Below the pieces are notes generated by a model, which did not search any database, had not been told where the DNA came from, and was given only the letters and a program-made list of their open reading frames with translations. A stretch of 63,331 bases of DNA, counting the filler, from Aduncisulcus paluster (taxonomy: Eukaryota): assembly GCA_024181965.1 (NCBI GenBank). It is 11 parts of 11 records of this genome, joined end to end, with 100 filler letters (N's around TTAATTAATTAA, not from the genome) between each part and the next. Parts side by side here need not be neighbours in the genome. Positions count along the whole stretch, not along the records: positions 1 to 11,003 come from BQXS01000107.1; positions 11,104 to 13,298 come from BQXS01000108.1; 9 more parts are not named here. One strand, written 5' to 3'. A program made the position numbers and the translations under genes. Within the stretch, counting starts at the first letter, position 1. Every line of letters begins with the position of its first letter. Shown here in pieces: positions 1 to 12,504 of the stretch.

Positions 1-30
1 TAGTTTCTTGGACTCGAATGATGGAGTATA

Positions 31-58
31 TTGTGATTGTGATTGTGATTGTGATTGT
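31..58. repeat. (TTGTGA)n microsatellite
   Basis: About 4.5 tandem copies of ttgtga, downstream of the kinase gene stop. Confidence 0.85.
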
Positions 59-335
59 GCGATTAATTTATGATTAATTAGTTCCATGTTTTTACTTCAT
101 GAATGTATGTTTTTATAACAACAATAATAATAATACAGAATAGAGAACAATTCCAAACAACGCTCCAAAGTTCAATAATAATGTCTCATCGTGAAGGAGA
201 GTATGCAACTTGTTCAACAATCAACCATCAACCATTAACTTCAAGCTTGAAATGAACTCTTCTCTCAATTGTTCCATTAACTTGATGGCATTAAGAATAA
301 AAATAAAATATTACATCAGAATCTTTCCACATCAC

Positions 336-3300
336 TCACTGACTCTGATCCCAACCTTCCTCATGCTCAACACCAGCAACACCACATCTCATTCCTTCAA
401 TGGTTCCAACAGAGCCACCATACTTCTTGCGTTGCTCACGGATAATGGCTTCAATGCTTGGACACTCATAGTCTTCGCCAATCGTGGGAAGGAAAGGTTT
501 GATGCATTGGACTTTCACACGAGCTTCATGCACACTCATGCGTTTGTCAACATCAAGCAGAGTGAGACCTGTGAATACTTCATTTAAACAAGAATACACA
601 GACTTGAATTTACCATCTTCAATGATCATTAGGGATTTGAAAAGGGGAGAATCAGCGGTTGTTGGGTGCATATTAGCCTGTAAAATTCCAGATAATTGTT
701 TTAAAAAAGTAGCGGGATCATTGATTCCTCTCAAAACTGGCATTTGAAGGAAAGGATCACAGCCGAAAAATAGAGCGAGGATAGAAATTCCAAGAGAGTA
801 TGCATCACTCATTTGAGTCTGAATACCTCGCAGAGCTTCATAAGAGTTGTATGAAAGTGTTCCACATACAGAACGTTTTGCTTTTGGAGCTGTAGCCTTT
901 TCAAAATTTTTCCTAGAATCGGAAGAAGAATCAACAAAACTCCTGGAAAATGACGACGAAGAGATGGAATCCTTGATTTGGACAAGACCCAAATCTGCGA
1001 GAACAACAACACATTCTCCATCTGTGGCATTAACACGAACAAGGAAGTTGTCAGGTTTGATGTCTCGATGAATAAGCTTCTTCTTTGCCGTGAACACATC
1101 ATCGAGACATTCAATCATTCCAACACATAGGGCGGCAACTTTCACAGGGTTCAGTGTCATGGGGTCAAACAAAGTGGGTTCTTCATCTTCATCTTTTGAG
1201 GAAGCGTCAGAATCAGATTCTTCGTCATCCTTCGCACTCACATACTTGCCATCGGCACACCAACTCTTGGCAAACTCATTCACACTGCCTCCAACACAGA
1301 ATTCCATCAAGAACCCATAAACACCCTTCATATCGCAATCAAGCAGGTCAAGGATATACAGAGGACGTGGGATGCGGTTGAAACATTTGGGATTGTTGAA
1401 CAACTTGAGTTGCACTTTGAACTCCTTTCGACAATCTTTCACAACCTTTTCATCCGCGATTTTAAGCATCTTCTTCAGAACACATGGGAAAGGAATGCCA
1501 TCAACTTTGACAAGAAGAACCTCTCCAAACCCACCACTGCCAATGATGCACTGTGAAGTCAGCGTGGATGCAGATGTCAGGGTTAGCGAGTCGTGCTTGG
1601 GGTTAGACTTGGGCTTGCCATCCTNNNNNNNNNNNNNNNNNNNNATTTGGGATTGTTGAACAACTTGAGTTGCACTTTGAACTCCTTTCGACAATCTTTC
1701 ACAACCTTTTCATCCGCGATTTTAAGCATCTTCTTCAGAACACATGGGAAAGGAATGCCATCAACTTTGACAAGAAGAACCTCTCCAAACCCACCACTGC
1801 CAATGATGCACTGTGAAGTCAGCGTGGATGCAGATGTCAGGGTTAGCGAGTCGTGCTTGGGGTTAGACTTGGGCTTGCCATCCTTGGGGTTATGTTTCTT
1901 TTTATCCTTATGTTTCTTCGGTTTGGTGTCTTTTAGTGTTCTTGGATCCTTATCATTTCCTTTAATAACAACTTCTTTCACAGGTTTTGATGGCAAAGAC
2001 AAAGTCGATGTGGGTGTCTTGGAGGAACAGGAAGGAACAGGAACATGAGTAAGAAGAGGAGGAGAGGTGGGAATATCATCACCTCGAAGGAAAACAACGG
2101 AGTAGATCCTGAAACATCGACACTTCTTATTATACCACGATCCTTTCCCTTCAATCTCACACAATATAACATTATCCAAATCAATAGGAAGGAAGTGCCA
2201 TTCATAGTAATGTTTAGGTTTTGTGAATTCATACTTCTTGAATGTCTTCTTGCCATCACAATCAGTGAAAGTGAAGAGAAGAGAGGGTGAACTACAACAA
2301 TCATCCACACAGATATAAGCACCTTTCATAGGACTAGGTGATGGGAAAGGTATGGAAAGATGGGATAAGGATACAAAACCTTCCCCTTTTAACATTCTTT
2401 GTGCTGTTGAACTCTTATCATACTCCTCAGATTCCTTACTCGTCGAATCATCCTTGCACTTAACCATTGAGAATGAAGGATCTACAAGCTTTGGATCATC
2501 AAGTGGAATGGGAATAGAATCTCTACCAAAAGATTCTTCATCTCCTCCCTTAACAAACTCTGGTTTCACAACTGGAGTTTCAGACCATAGTTTCTCTCTG
2601 GCTTCACGAGCTCTGGTTTCTTCAGGGGTTTCTTCTCTACTAATGAAAACAAGGGAGAGGATTCCAAAATACTCTTTCTCTCTTCCTTTCCCTGTAATCT
2701 CACACAGAACAACATCAGGGAGATCAACAGGAAGGAAATACCAATGTTCACCTTCAAATCCAGGAAATTCGTATTTCTTGGACGTTTTCTCACCCTTTGA
2801 AGATGTGAGAGTGAAGATAAGGTGTGATGGAGGTGAAGTCCAAGAACCACCTTTTAGACAGATATAGGCCCCTTTCATTGGGGAAGATGAAGAGAAGGGA
2901 ATGGAGATATGGGTAAAGTTTCTTTCATGAGACTCTCCTTTCATCATCTCTTGTGCTTCAGAACTCTGATCGCATTCTTCATCATCTTTTCCCTTGGTTT
3001 CATCTAATGCTATAATAGTTGGAAGCTCTGCACTCTTAATATTAGGGGCATCTCTAGGAATTGGGCAGGAAGAATAATCTCCTTCATGGATAAACATTGG
3101 TTTAACAATTTGTAGGGAGATGGGAATATCATCTCTTCGAAAGAAAACAAGGGAGTGAATCCAGAAATATCGACTATTCTTTTTATACCACATTCCTTTC
3201 CCTTCAATCTCACATAACACAACATTTGGCAAACCAATAGGAAGGAAGTGCCATTCATAATCATGTTTAAGTTTTGTGAATTCATACTTCTTGAATGTTT

Positions 3301-6300
3301 TCTTACCATAAGAAAGAGTGAAAGTGAAGAGAAGAGAGGGTGAACTATGATTCTTATGAACACATATATAAGCACCTTTCATAAAACTAGGTGATGGGAA
3401 AGGGATGGAAAGATGGGATAAAGACACAAAACCTTCACCTTTTAGCATTCTTTGTGCATCTGAACTCTTCACATAACACTCAGAAGCTCTATAATGAGAA
3501 TCATTCTTGCACTTAACCATTGAGAACGAAGGTTTTATACATTTTGGATCTTCAATTGGAATGGGAATAGAATCTCTACCACAAGATTCCTCATCTCCTT
3601 CCTTAAAAAATTCTGGTTTCACAACAGGAGTTTCAGACCATAGTTTCTCTCTGGCTTCACGAGCTATAGTTTCACCGTGAGTTTCTCCACGAAAGAAAAC
3701 AAGAGACATAATCTTCGAATATCGACAATCCTTTGAATCCCACGTTCCTTTCCCTTCAATTTCACACAATACAATATTCAATAAATCAATAGGAAGGAAG
3801 TGCCATTCATAATCATGTTCAGGTCTTGTGAATTCATACTTCTTGTATGTCTTCTTATCATCACAATCAGTAAAAGTGAAGAGAAGAGAGGGTGAACTAT
3901 CATCCTCATTCACACAGATATAAGCACCTTTCATTGGACTAGGTGATGGGAAAGGGATAGAAAGATGGGAAAATTGAACAAAACCTTCCCCTTTTAACAT
4001 TATTTGTGCTTTTGAACTCTTATCATAATACTTAGATTCCTTACTATACAAATCATTCTTGCCCTTAACCATTGAGAATGAAGGATCTACAAGCTTTGGA
4101 TTATCACGACCAATGGGAATAGAATCTCTACCAAAAGAATCGATATCTCCTTCATGGATAAATTCTGCTTTCACAACAGGAGCTTCAGACCACAGTTTCT
4201 CTCTGGCTTTATGAGCGATAGTTACCGATTGATGGTCATCACGAATAAAAACACAGGATAATATTCTAAAATATTCAATTTCTCTTCCTTTTCCAGTAAT
4301 CTTAGATTTAACAACGTCAGGCATATCTATAACAGGAAGAAAATACCAATAATTTCCACGATATTGAGGATAAGGAAAATCATATTTCTTGGATGTTTTC
4401 TTACCCTTTGAAGAAGTAAATATTAAAGTAAGATATGATGGAGCCGAATAATCATCACGAATGCAGATGTAAGCACCCTTTAATGGTGAAGAAGAAGAAA
4501 AAGGAATGGAGATACTGGTGAACTGCGAATCATGCCACTCTCCAATCATCATTTTTTGGGCATTGTTACTCTGGTCGTACTCAGGAAGTTTCGAAAAAAG
4601 GTGTTTTCTTTTTGTTTTATCGTATGCAGTAATATTAAGTAAATCAAACTTCTTGATAGAACAAGAATCTCTAGGAATAGGGCATGAATTGAGAGTTCTC
4701 TCTCTTCTCAGATCGACATGAAGAGGGAGAGGAAGAGGAAGATCACCTCGAAGGAAAACAAGGGAGTGGATGCAGAAACTTCTATTATTATTCTTTCCAT
4801 ATTTCCACGTTCCTTTCCCTTCAATCTCACACAATACAATATTCAATAAATCAATAGGAAGGAAGTGCCATTCATATTTATGTTTAGGTTTTGTGAATTC
4901 ATACTTCTTGGATGTCTTCTTACCATCACAATCAGTGAAAGTGAAGAGAAGAGAGGGTGAACTATCATCCTTCTCCACACAGATATAAGCACCTTTCATA
5001 GGACTAGGTGATGGGAAAGGGATGGAAAGATGTGTCAGGGAATAAAAGATCCACCACAGATGGGGTGGTTCTACATAACAGTCCCCTTTTAACATTTTTT
5101 GTGCATTTGAACTCTGATAATACTTCTCAGATTCCTTACTAAACGCATCATTCTTGCATTTAACAATTGAGAATGAAGGATCTACAAGCTTTGGATCATC
5201 TCGCGGAATGGGAATAGATTTTCTATCGAAACATTCTCCAAATAAGCCATTTTTACCTCCTTTCTTTACAAACTCTGGTTTCACAACTGGAGTTTCAGAC
5301 CATAGTTTCTCTCTGGCTTCANNNNNNNNNNNNNNNNNNNNAGTGCCATTCATATTTATGTTTAGGTTTTGTGAATTCATACTTCTTGGATGTCTTCTTA
5401 CCATCACAATCAGTGAAAGTGAAGAGAAGAGAGGGTGAACTATCATCCTTCTCCACACAGATATAAGCACCTTTCATAGGACTAGGTGATGGGAAAGGGA
5501 TGGAAAGATGTGTCAGGGAATAAAAGATCCACCACAGATGGGGTGGTTCTACATAACAGTCCCCTTTTAACATTTTTTGTGCATTTGAACTCTGATAATA
5601 CTTCTCAGATTCCTTACTAAACGCATCATTCTTGCATTTAACAATTGAGAATGAAGGATCTACAAGCTTTGGATCATCTCGCGGAATGGGAATAGATTTT
5701 CTATCGAAACATTCTCCAAATAAGCCATTTTTACCTCCTTTCTTTACAAACTCTGGTTTCACAACTGGAGTTTCAGACCATAGTTTCTCTCTGGCTTCAC
5801 GAGATTTGCTTTCTTCAGGAGTTTCTTCTCTAATGAAAACAAGGGAGAGGATTCTAAAATACTCTATATATCTTCCTTTCCCTGTAATCTCACACAGAAC
5901 AACATCAGGGAGATCAACAGGAAGGAAATACCAACGACTTCTTTTAAATTCAGGAAATTTGTATTTCTTGGATCTTATATCACCCTTTGAAGATGTGAGA
6001 GTGAAGATAAAGTGTAATGGAGATGAAATCCAATCATAACTATATAGACAGATATAAGCCCCTTTCATTGGGGAAGATGAGGAGAAAGGAATGGAGATAT
6101 GGGTAAAATATCCATAATGAAAGGGTCCATTATTACCCTCTCCTTTCATCAGACGTTGTGCATGATAACTCTGATCGTACTTTTCATCACTTTCTTCCTT
6201 GGTCCCATCTATTGCTTTGATAGTTGGAAACTCTGCACTCTTAATATTTGGGGAATCTCTAGGAATTGGACAACAAGCCTCTTCTCCTTCATGAATAAAC

Positions 6301-7442
6301 TCAGGTTTCACAATTTGAATAACAGCATCTGTGGATGAACTCATGAGACTGGGAATATCTTCATTTCGAAGGAAAACAAGGGAGTAAATGGAGAAACAGT
6401 GACTATTCTTCTCCATCCACGATCCTTTTCCTTCAATCCCACACAATACAACGTTAGCCAAATCAATAGGAAGGAAGTGCCATTCATATTCATGTTCAGG
6501 TCTTGTGAATTCATACTTCTTGCATGTCTTCTTACCATCACAATCAGTGAAAGTGAAGAGAAGAGAGGGTGAACCGGAATCCTTACTCACACAGATATAA
6601 GCACCTTTCATTGGACTAGGCGATGAGAAAGGGATGGAAAGATGGGAGAAGCGAATAACACATAAGCGAAGACAAGATTGCCCTTTCAACATTTTTTGTG
6701 CATCTGAACTCTGATTATACCACTCAGATCCCTTACTATACCTGTCATTCTTGCACTTAACCATTGAGAATGAAGGATCTACAAGCTTTGGATCATCACG
6801 TGGAATGGGAATAGATTTTCTGCCACGAGATTCTTTATCTCCTTCCTTAACAAACTCTGGTTTCACAATTGGAGTTTCAGACCATAATTTCTCTCTGGAT
6901 TCACGAGATGTGATTTCTTCAGGGGTTTCTTCTCTAATGAAAACAAGGGAGGAGATTCCAAAACACTCTTTCTCTCTTCCTTTCCCTGAAATCTCACACA
7001 GAACAACATCAGGGAGATCAACAGGAAGGAAGTACCAATGTTCACCTTTAAATTCAGGAAATTTGTATTTCTTGGATCTACTATCACCCTTTGAAGTTGT
7101 GAGACTAAAGAAAAGGTGTGATGGAGGTGAAGAATCACTATCAAGACAAATATAAGCCCCTTTCATTGGGGAAGATGAGGAGAAAGGAATGGAGATATGG
7201 GTAACTTGTCTTAAAATATACCCTCCTTTCATCATCTTTTGTGCTTCAAAACTCTGATGGTACTCTTCGTACCAATATTCTTCATCACCTTCTTCCTTGG
7301 TTCCATCGATTGCTTCGATAGTTAGCAACTCTGCACTCTTAATATTGGGGGCATCTCTAGGAATTGGACAGCAAGACCTATCTCCTTCATGAACAAACTC
7401 AGGTTCCGCTTTTTGAATAACAGCATCTGTGGATGAACTCAT
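336..7442 (-). CDS. Nine tandem ~180-aa modules (order A-B-A-B-A'-B-B-A-B) fused to a C-terminal Ser/Thr protein kinase, about 2122 aa after collapsing gap overlaps
   Basis: ORFs 5319-7442, 1583-5470 and 336-1694 are split only by 20-N gaps whose flanks are duplicated (offsets 260 and 478). Removing these leaves 6369 nt in one frame. Kinase motifs: GSGGFG, VLKK, HRDIKPDN, DLG, GTLSYNSYE, SDAYSLG. Module cores: THISIPFSSSSPMKGAYICL (A) and SHLSIPFPSPSPMKGAYICV (B). Confidence 0.85.
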
Positions 7443-7466
7443 TTGACTAGAGATAGAATTTCTTAT

Positions 7467-7562
7467 CTATAAAAAATAAAAACAAGCAGAATAATGAATG
7501 AATCCGGTTAAAATATTTCTTAATATACATTTAATAAAAGATGTGACATATAGTAAACATAC
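7467..7562 (-). other. Putative 96-nt intron in the 5' leader of the module-kinase gene
   Basis: GTATGT donor at 7562, matching the donor in the CFAP20, RPAIN and DENN introns. T-rich tract plus TAG acceptor at 7467. Both sites are conserved in the paralogue at 51124-51341. Confidence 0.55.
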
Positions 7563-7995
7563 AATTTGCTTGTACGACGAGAAAAAATGGAGGACTGAAC
7601 AAGCAACCCTTCAATAGATAAGATTGGAAAATTATAAAAACACATATAAACGAGTTAAATGCTGGTAAATGATAAAAACATGTTTTATTTTCATTTCAAT
7701 GTCATGGTGTTTATTCTCGATATCTCAGGCTTTTGGAGAACCCTCAGGACTGGATATAGTTCCATTTCACGTGTTAAGAACATTTATGAACGATTTCAAT
7801 GCTATTCAATAACATGGATATATTTCCATTTCATTTCTATCCTTATCCTTGCCTTTCTGTTTCGTGTTCATTTTCACTTGCTTTTGCTTACAATCAAAAA
7901 TATCAAGAACTCGGAATACGATGGTATACATATGTCTGTATACTGCTACGAATCTAATCCCCTGATGCTTCATGGAACATGACATTTCATTCCAC

Positions 7996-8040
7996 CCAAC
8001 TCCAAATCCAACTCCAACTCCAACTCCAACTCCAACTCCA
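7996..8040. repeat. (TCCAAC)n microsatellite
   Basis: About 7 near-perfect hexamer copies. Confidence 0.85.
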
Positions 8041-8397
8041 ATGCCAGCATCCGATACATTTAATACTGAGCTTTGTACTAATTAACTGCTCTGTGCTCCT
8101 TGTCTTTGGAATGTGGGGCATCTGTCATATGTCAAAGCTCTACTATAAAGAAATAGTAACTCATACCCCAAAGATGAACTATCAGTACATCCTTGAACCA
8201 CAATCAACCTACAACCAACCTACAACCAACCCCTCGCCGTGTCATATTGATTGTATCACGTGTGACTGGAATGAATGTTGCTGTTAATTGATGAGTGGAT
8301 GAATCATATTTGATCTATTTGAACACCGTTTATGTGTTGTACTTCCCCCTCCATCATTGTCATTGCCATCTCGAATACTACATTGATTGTCCCATTC

Positions 8398-9202
8398 TGT
8401 TTTGTTGCCCCCTGTTTTCTGTCGCATCACCCGCAGATGAGGATAGAGTTCCTATAGTCGTACCGTATGCAACTCCAAAGAACTTTGAACTTTATTTTTT
8501 GTTGTTATTCTGTCCCGTCTTGTCCTGTTGTGGATAAAGAAAGATGATTTATGATACTAAGATGATAATGATGATAATGATGATAAAAGAAATATTCAGA
8601 ACTAAAAATCTAACTCCATGAATAAACATGCCCCCACTCCCACTTGGTGCCGTGTCTTGTGGAGCAGAACATGCATGCTCTGGATCGTGATGAGAATTTT
8701 GTCTGGTTTTGTTCGAGCCCAGGCTGAGTCAGACGTTTTTATTTTCATTTTATGGGACAAGATCTTGTTTGAAATGTTTTCTGGCGTGGTTTTTATTGTC
8801 TGTTTTGTTGCCCCCTGTTTTCTGTCGCATCACCCGCAGATGAGGATAGAGTTCCTATAGTCGTACCGTATGCAACTCCAAAGAACTTTGAACTTTATTT
8901 TTTGTTGTTATTCTGTCCCGTCTTGTCCTGTTGTGGATAAAGAAAGATGATTTATGATACTAAGATGATAATGATGATAATGATGATAAAAGAAATATTC
9001 AGAACTAAAAATCTAACTCCATGAATAAACATGCCCCCACTCCCACTTGGTGCCGTGTCTTGTGGAGCAGAACATGCATGCTCTGGATCGTGATGAGAAT
9101 TTTGTCTGGTTTTGTTCGAGCCCAGGCTGAGTCAGACGTTTTTATTTTCATTTTATGGGACAAGATCTTGTTTGAAATGTTTTCTGGCGTGGTTTTTATT
9201 GT
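8398..9202. repeat. Identical tandem duplication, 403-bp period
   Basis: 8398-8799 matches 8801-9202. The junction carries tgttttgt microhomology. Confidence 0.9.
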
Positions 9203-10220
9203 TGTTTTGTGCCCATTGTTTGGATTGGGTCTTGAAAGTATGATTTGCTATTTCTAGATCTATGGTTGATTTATCCTCCATATCGACCATGATATTCGAG
9301 CTTCTTCTTGGATTCATCTGCAATTCCATGTTGTGTTGTCATTCTTAACGGTATTATTGTTGCCAGGTGTTATTGTTGTTGTATAATCCGATTGTCGATA
9401 TTGTTTGATGATTCTGGGACGATAATGCTGCAATGAAGTGGGTATTCTGAAAAGAATTTTCTTTGTTTGATTTGATTATGTTTTTATTATCATATTATCA
9501 CATTCTTAATCCAATGGAATATCCTTCTTGCTCGACTTTCACGTTTCAAGCGTTTGGAACCGATTCTGAACATGCTGAACATTCTGAACAGCTATAGAAT
9601 TCTATACAATTCTTTCTGAGATATTATATTAAATAATTTTGATAATATCTTCTCCAACAATCCATCAAATGGTCAAACGCGGTAATAATGTTTCATCTTT
9701 TGTTTTGTTCCAGATAGGGTCGCCATGAACTCAAATTCACTAAAGTTAACCAAAAAAACATAATATTATTTTTCTAGACCAGTGAAACTAGTTAACTAAT
9801 AACCACATTGTTTATGGGAGCTTTTCCCACCAAAGATTCCCAAAGAATTCATCTCATTGATGGTGTAAATTGGAGGTTATCTTTATGAAAACTATCTGTG
9901 ATTTTTCGAAATGATGGATGCCATTAGTAATGATGCAATGCTCTTTCCCAAGACAGCTACTTTCAAAGATAGAACGAATTGTTCTGAGACTTCCAGTGAC
10001 TAGTAATACTTCCAGTGAGTGGATGTTTATTGGATCTCCTTGCATTAAAATCGGACAAAACTTGGCCAAACCATCCCCAACACCTTCAAATACCCATTGT
10101 GAAGTTGAACTTCCACTTGAAGATCTCAAATTTTATTTCTTCCTTCATTTACTGAATCATTATGAAGTTCATAGATCATCAAATATATATAATATAATAT
10201 AATATAATTATTTGTTATGG

Positions 10221-11003
10221 TTAAGATTCTGTGATATCAAGATGAACAGGTCGTCCGTATGAAAACAGCAGTATTTTCTTCTCTCCATCGCATCCTTCGT
10301 CAATCTCAAGTGATTGTCCATCTCCTGAACGATACTGTCTTCCATCTCCTGTTGCCATCCCTTTTAAAACACATCCATGGAGTTCCTCCCCCTTTTGACT
10401 TTTATACTTATCATTTGGGTAGTGTTTTGAAGAAGTTGAATTATCTTGACTTCTTGAAGAAGTTGAATTATCTTGACTTCTCTCTTGTTCCAGGTCATTT
10501 AATGAAGGATCTGAATTCATTTTAGCTAAAGATTGTTTAGATATCGCAATGGTACTGGTACCTGTATCAGAATCAACAATAAACAATGATCCTTTCTGTT
10601 GTTTACCAAGCTGTTCTATACCAGACTGCGATTCTTTTCCCATAACCTTTGTCTCGCCCTGACTTTCACTTGTCATACTTCCACTTGTCATACTCTCTTC
10701 TCTTTCTTCTCTATTTTCTTCTCTATTTTCTTCTTCCCTTATATCTTCACGTTTAACTATTCTGGCACCATTTTCTTCATGTTTGCTGCATGGGTCCATT
10801 GCTGACTCATGACATACAGGAGTACTATCAATATCATCACGGAGAGCATGTTCATTTGCAATATCATACATTGTCTGACCATACACTGTCTGACCATACT
10901 GTGGCTGTATTATGCTATCGGAAGTTATATGAGGATCATTAATATTACTATCGATTATGTTGAAAGTATCACCATTATACATCTCATCATTATACATCTC
11001 ACC
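10221..11003 (-). CDS. Hypothetical acidic low-complexity protein, probably 5'-partial
   Basis: 258-aa ORF reaching the contig edge, with short internal repeats (RSQDNSTSS x2, REEENREE). Confidence 0.5.
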   Translation of the reverse strand, partial: GEMYNDEMYNGDTFNIIDSNINDPHITSDSIIQPQYGQTVYGQTMYDIANEHALRDDIDSTPVCHESAMDPCSKHEENGARIVKREDIREEENREENREEREESMTSGSMTSESQGETKVMGKESQSGIEQLGKQQKGSLFIVDSDTGTSTIAISKQSLAKMNSDPSLNDLEQERSQDNSTSSRSQDNSTSSKHYPNDKYKSQKGEELHGCVLKGMATGDGRQYRSGDGQSLEIDEGCDGEKKILLFSYGRPVHLDITES

Positions 11004-11103
11004 NNNNNNNNNNNNNNNNNNNNNNNNNNNNNNNNNNNNNNNNNNNNTTAATTAATTAANNNNNNNNNNNNNNNNNNNNNNNNNNNNNNNNNNNNNNNNN
11101 NNN
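11004..11103. other. Artificial contig-joining spacer N44-TTAATTAATTAA-N44 (also at 13299, 15578, 36377, 39299, 41514, 49736, 51468, 53452, 55394)
   Basis: Ten identical 100-nt blocks. The core puts stops in all six frames. Confidence 0.98.
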
Positions 11104-11879
11104 GCAGTAATAATGAGGGGGGGAGTATCACTTGGGATGTGTTCAAAGGGGGCAACTCCAGAAGGAAGATCTGGATGTTGTACGCCAATGGCTGCCGAGG
11201 CAGTGTTTGCATCCACAGGGAGAGATTTCTGCAGAGCAATTTGGACACCCTTTGCAATACGTCCATGTTCAATAAACTTTTCACTCTTACGGTATTTACC
11301 ATTCCCTTTTCCTTTTCTGCCACGCTTCCTTTTACGACCTACTAAGTAGCACTGAGTACATGTTAGAAGGCGTTCAAGACCCTTGTTGATTTCACTATGA
11401 CCATGAGTACGAATCCTACGATCAATGTCAGCAAAAGTGGAGATAAGGGTTGAGATGGATCCAGAGCGATTGTGATCAGGAAGGTACATACAATGACGAT
11501 GTGAGGTTGGTTGAGGGACTGAGGGAGACGGAACAGTAGAAGAGGAAGGAGGTTCTTGTTGTGTGGTAGTAGTTGATGCCGGACGGACATCGACTGGTGT
11601 AATTGGAAGATCACCAGATTGAACATCAAGGGGGGATCGATGGGTATGTCACCGGAAAAAAGAACATCTTGAACCACAGTCATCCGAGCTGACACGCATT
11701 TAAGAGCACGAGACTTAGCACGTACTGAGGATGTAGTCACTGCGCAGTCAAATAGAGGATTCAGCGCTACAGCAACATGGGTTGCAATTGTAGCAGTCGC
11801 AGATTGCAAAACGTCATCTATTCGTCTTGCAGTGCCTGAATCAAGTGACCAGAACAGGGAATACGAAAGAAATTCGCGA

Positions 11880-12504
11880 CAGGGCTTGGACCTGCGAGGG
11901 GATTAAGCTTATTCCCCTCGTTTTTGGAAAAATTTGGCCTTATTCCCCTCGTTTTCGAAATTTTGACAAGTAAAAAAATATATTTTCCAGTGTGAAATTT
12001 CTGCCAATTTTGTTGAATTCTGGGATTTCCTCGCAAGGATTGATTTTTCTTTGAGGATATACGGCCTCATTTCATATTTTTCTCTGTATTTCTTCATTAA
12101 TTGAGGCATTTATTGGGCTGTTTCTTCCACTTTCTTATGCCAATTTCACCTCACATCTGTCAAGGTGAAATTTTGGCTAAATAACAAACGTAATCTCCAA
12201 AAAAAGTGTTTTCATAGATAATAATAGGTCATAAATGCAATCTTTTCCTGCGTCTACTCATAAATTTATCTCTCAGAAGGAATCTCCTGAAAACTGTATC
12301 ACCAAGGGTTGCATAAACATATTTCTTCTTCATTTTTGTACAGCTTTGTCACTGAAATCATTGTTTATTCTCGAGAAAACGCCCAATTACGTGAACTAGG
12401 GCCTCTAGTCCTTCCCATTGACCCCTAATATTAAGCCCCTCGTTTTTAAAAATATTAAGCCCCTCGTTTTAAAAATATTAATCCCCTCGCAGGTCCAAGC
12501 CCTG
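11880..12504. mobile_element. Non-autonomous hAT-superfamily DNA transposon (MITE-like), 625 bp
   Basis: Perfect 27-bp TIRs CAGGGCTTGGACCTGCGAGGGGATTAA (11880-11906 and 12478-12504). Perfect 8-bp TSD ATTCGCGA (11872-11879 and 12505-12512). Subterminal CCCCTCGTTTT repeats at both ends, AT-rich interior, no transposase ORF. Confidence 0.93.

Noticed and set aside
31-58. Hexamer repeats (also 7996-8040) as telomeric repeats
   Set aside because: Short interstitial microsatellites with different units. No long terminal array.
1385-1884. Direct repeats flanking the 20-N gaps (also 4864-5799, 25013-25360, 38096-38427, 61131-61682)
   Set aside because: Unmerged contig overlaps. Collapsing them restores the reading frame at all four gaps that lie in coding sequence.
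2060-7440. Regularly spaced conserved DNA blocks as a CRISPR array or DGR TR/VR pair
   Set aside because: They are protein-coding modules of about 540 bp. There are no cas or RT genes and no non-coding template copy in the window.
9250-10200. Short minus-strand ORF fragments downstream of 10221-11003
   Set aside because: Multiple stops, no recognisable motif and no convincing splice sites. Possibly decayed coding DNA, but unsupported.
11048-11059. Recurrent TTAATTAATTAA motif flanked by N runs
   Set aside because: Artificial six-frame-stop contig linker. Genes on either side are not true neighbours.
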